A DNA stretch of 63,662 nucleotides, the filler included, from Octopus bimaculoides (taxonomy: Eukaryota), in assembly GCF_001194135.2 (NCBI RefSeq). It is 7 parts of 7 records of this genome, joined end to end, with 100 filler letters (N's around TTAATTAATTAA, not from the genome) between each part and the next. Parts side by side here need not be neighbours in the genome. Positions count along the whole stretch, not along the records: positions 62,631 to 63,662 come from NW_026402700.1; 6 more parts are not named here. One strand, written 5' to 3'. Both the position numbers and the translations under genes were made by a program. This document shows positions 63,386 through 63,662 of the stretch, piece by piece; the first letter of the stretch is position 1; each line of letters begins with the position of its first letter. The notes under the pieces were generated by a model. The model did not search any database. It had not been told where the DNA came from and saw nothing but the letters and a program-made list of their open reading frames with translations.

Positions 63386-63662
63386 GAAAATCGTGGTAAA
63401 TTTACAAAACATTGACGAACATGAGTTATATTTTACTGAATGATTGTGTACTTTCACGTGTGTGCTTTTGAGAGAGCGAGAGAGGAAGAGGTAGAGAGGG
63501 GGAGAGAAAGGAATAGGGGTAGTTAAAAGTTTTCTTATGACTGCTTCTCTTCACTGCCTATTACTTCATTAGAAATCTAAGAATGCACATAATAGAGAAA
63601 AATGAAACAAAGATGGTCGACTTGCTCCGAAACACCACCGAGTGGGGAACACTTCTCAAAAA

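Overview
AT-rich, microsatellite- and transposon-dense eukaryotic DNA with many N-gaps and six synthetic TTAATTAATTAA contig spacers. The repeat repertoire (tRNA-derived SINEs, RTE LINEs with (GAT)n tails, Penelope-like elements, (TA/CA/AGAT)n arrays) looks like an octopod cephalopod genome; that assignment is inference from pattern recognition. Most ORFs in the supplied track are artefacts of microsatellites or Ns. One complete host CDS can be built: a 103-aa CHCHD5-like protein with four CX9C motifs, on the minus strand, from three coding exons (36359-36217, 32784-32639, 30621-30599). One isolated plus-strand SPRY-domain exon resembling SPRYD3 lies at 41552-41699, with no visible partner exons. 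Two weaker spliced-ORF candidates lie at about 13.2-13.4 kb (+) and 0.3-1.4 kb (-). The rest is decayed mobile DNA: four Gypsy LTR remnants (one nested in another), a full-length but dead mariner, Tigger, Helitron, Tx1, CR1 and RTE fragments, and several Penelope-like fragments. The most interesting non-coding signals are (i) six hammerhead-ribozyme-like motifs, including an inverted pair at a Penelope 3' end and copies with non-canonical cores (CUGUCGA twice, CCGAUGA once), and (ii) an array of about 65-nt double-hairpin units in RTE 3' UTRs. All alignments were made by eye; no searches or folding programs were run.
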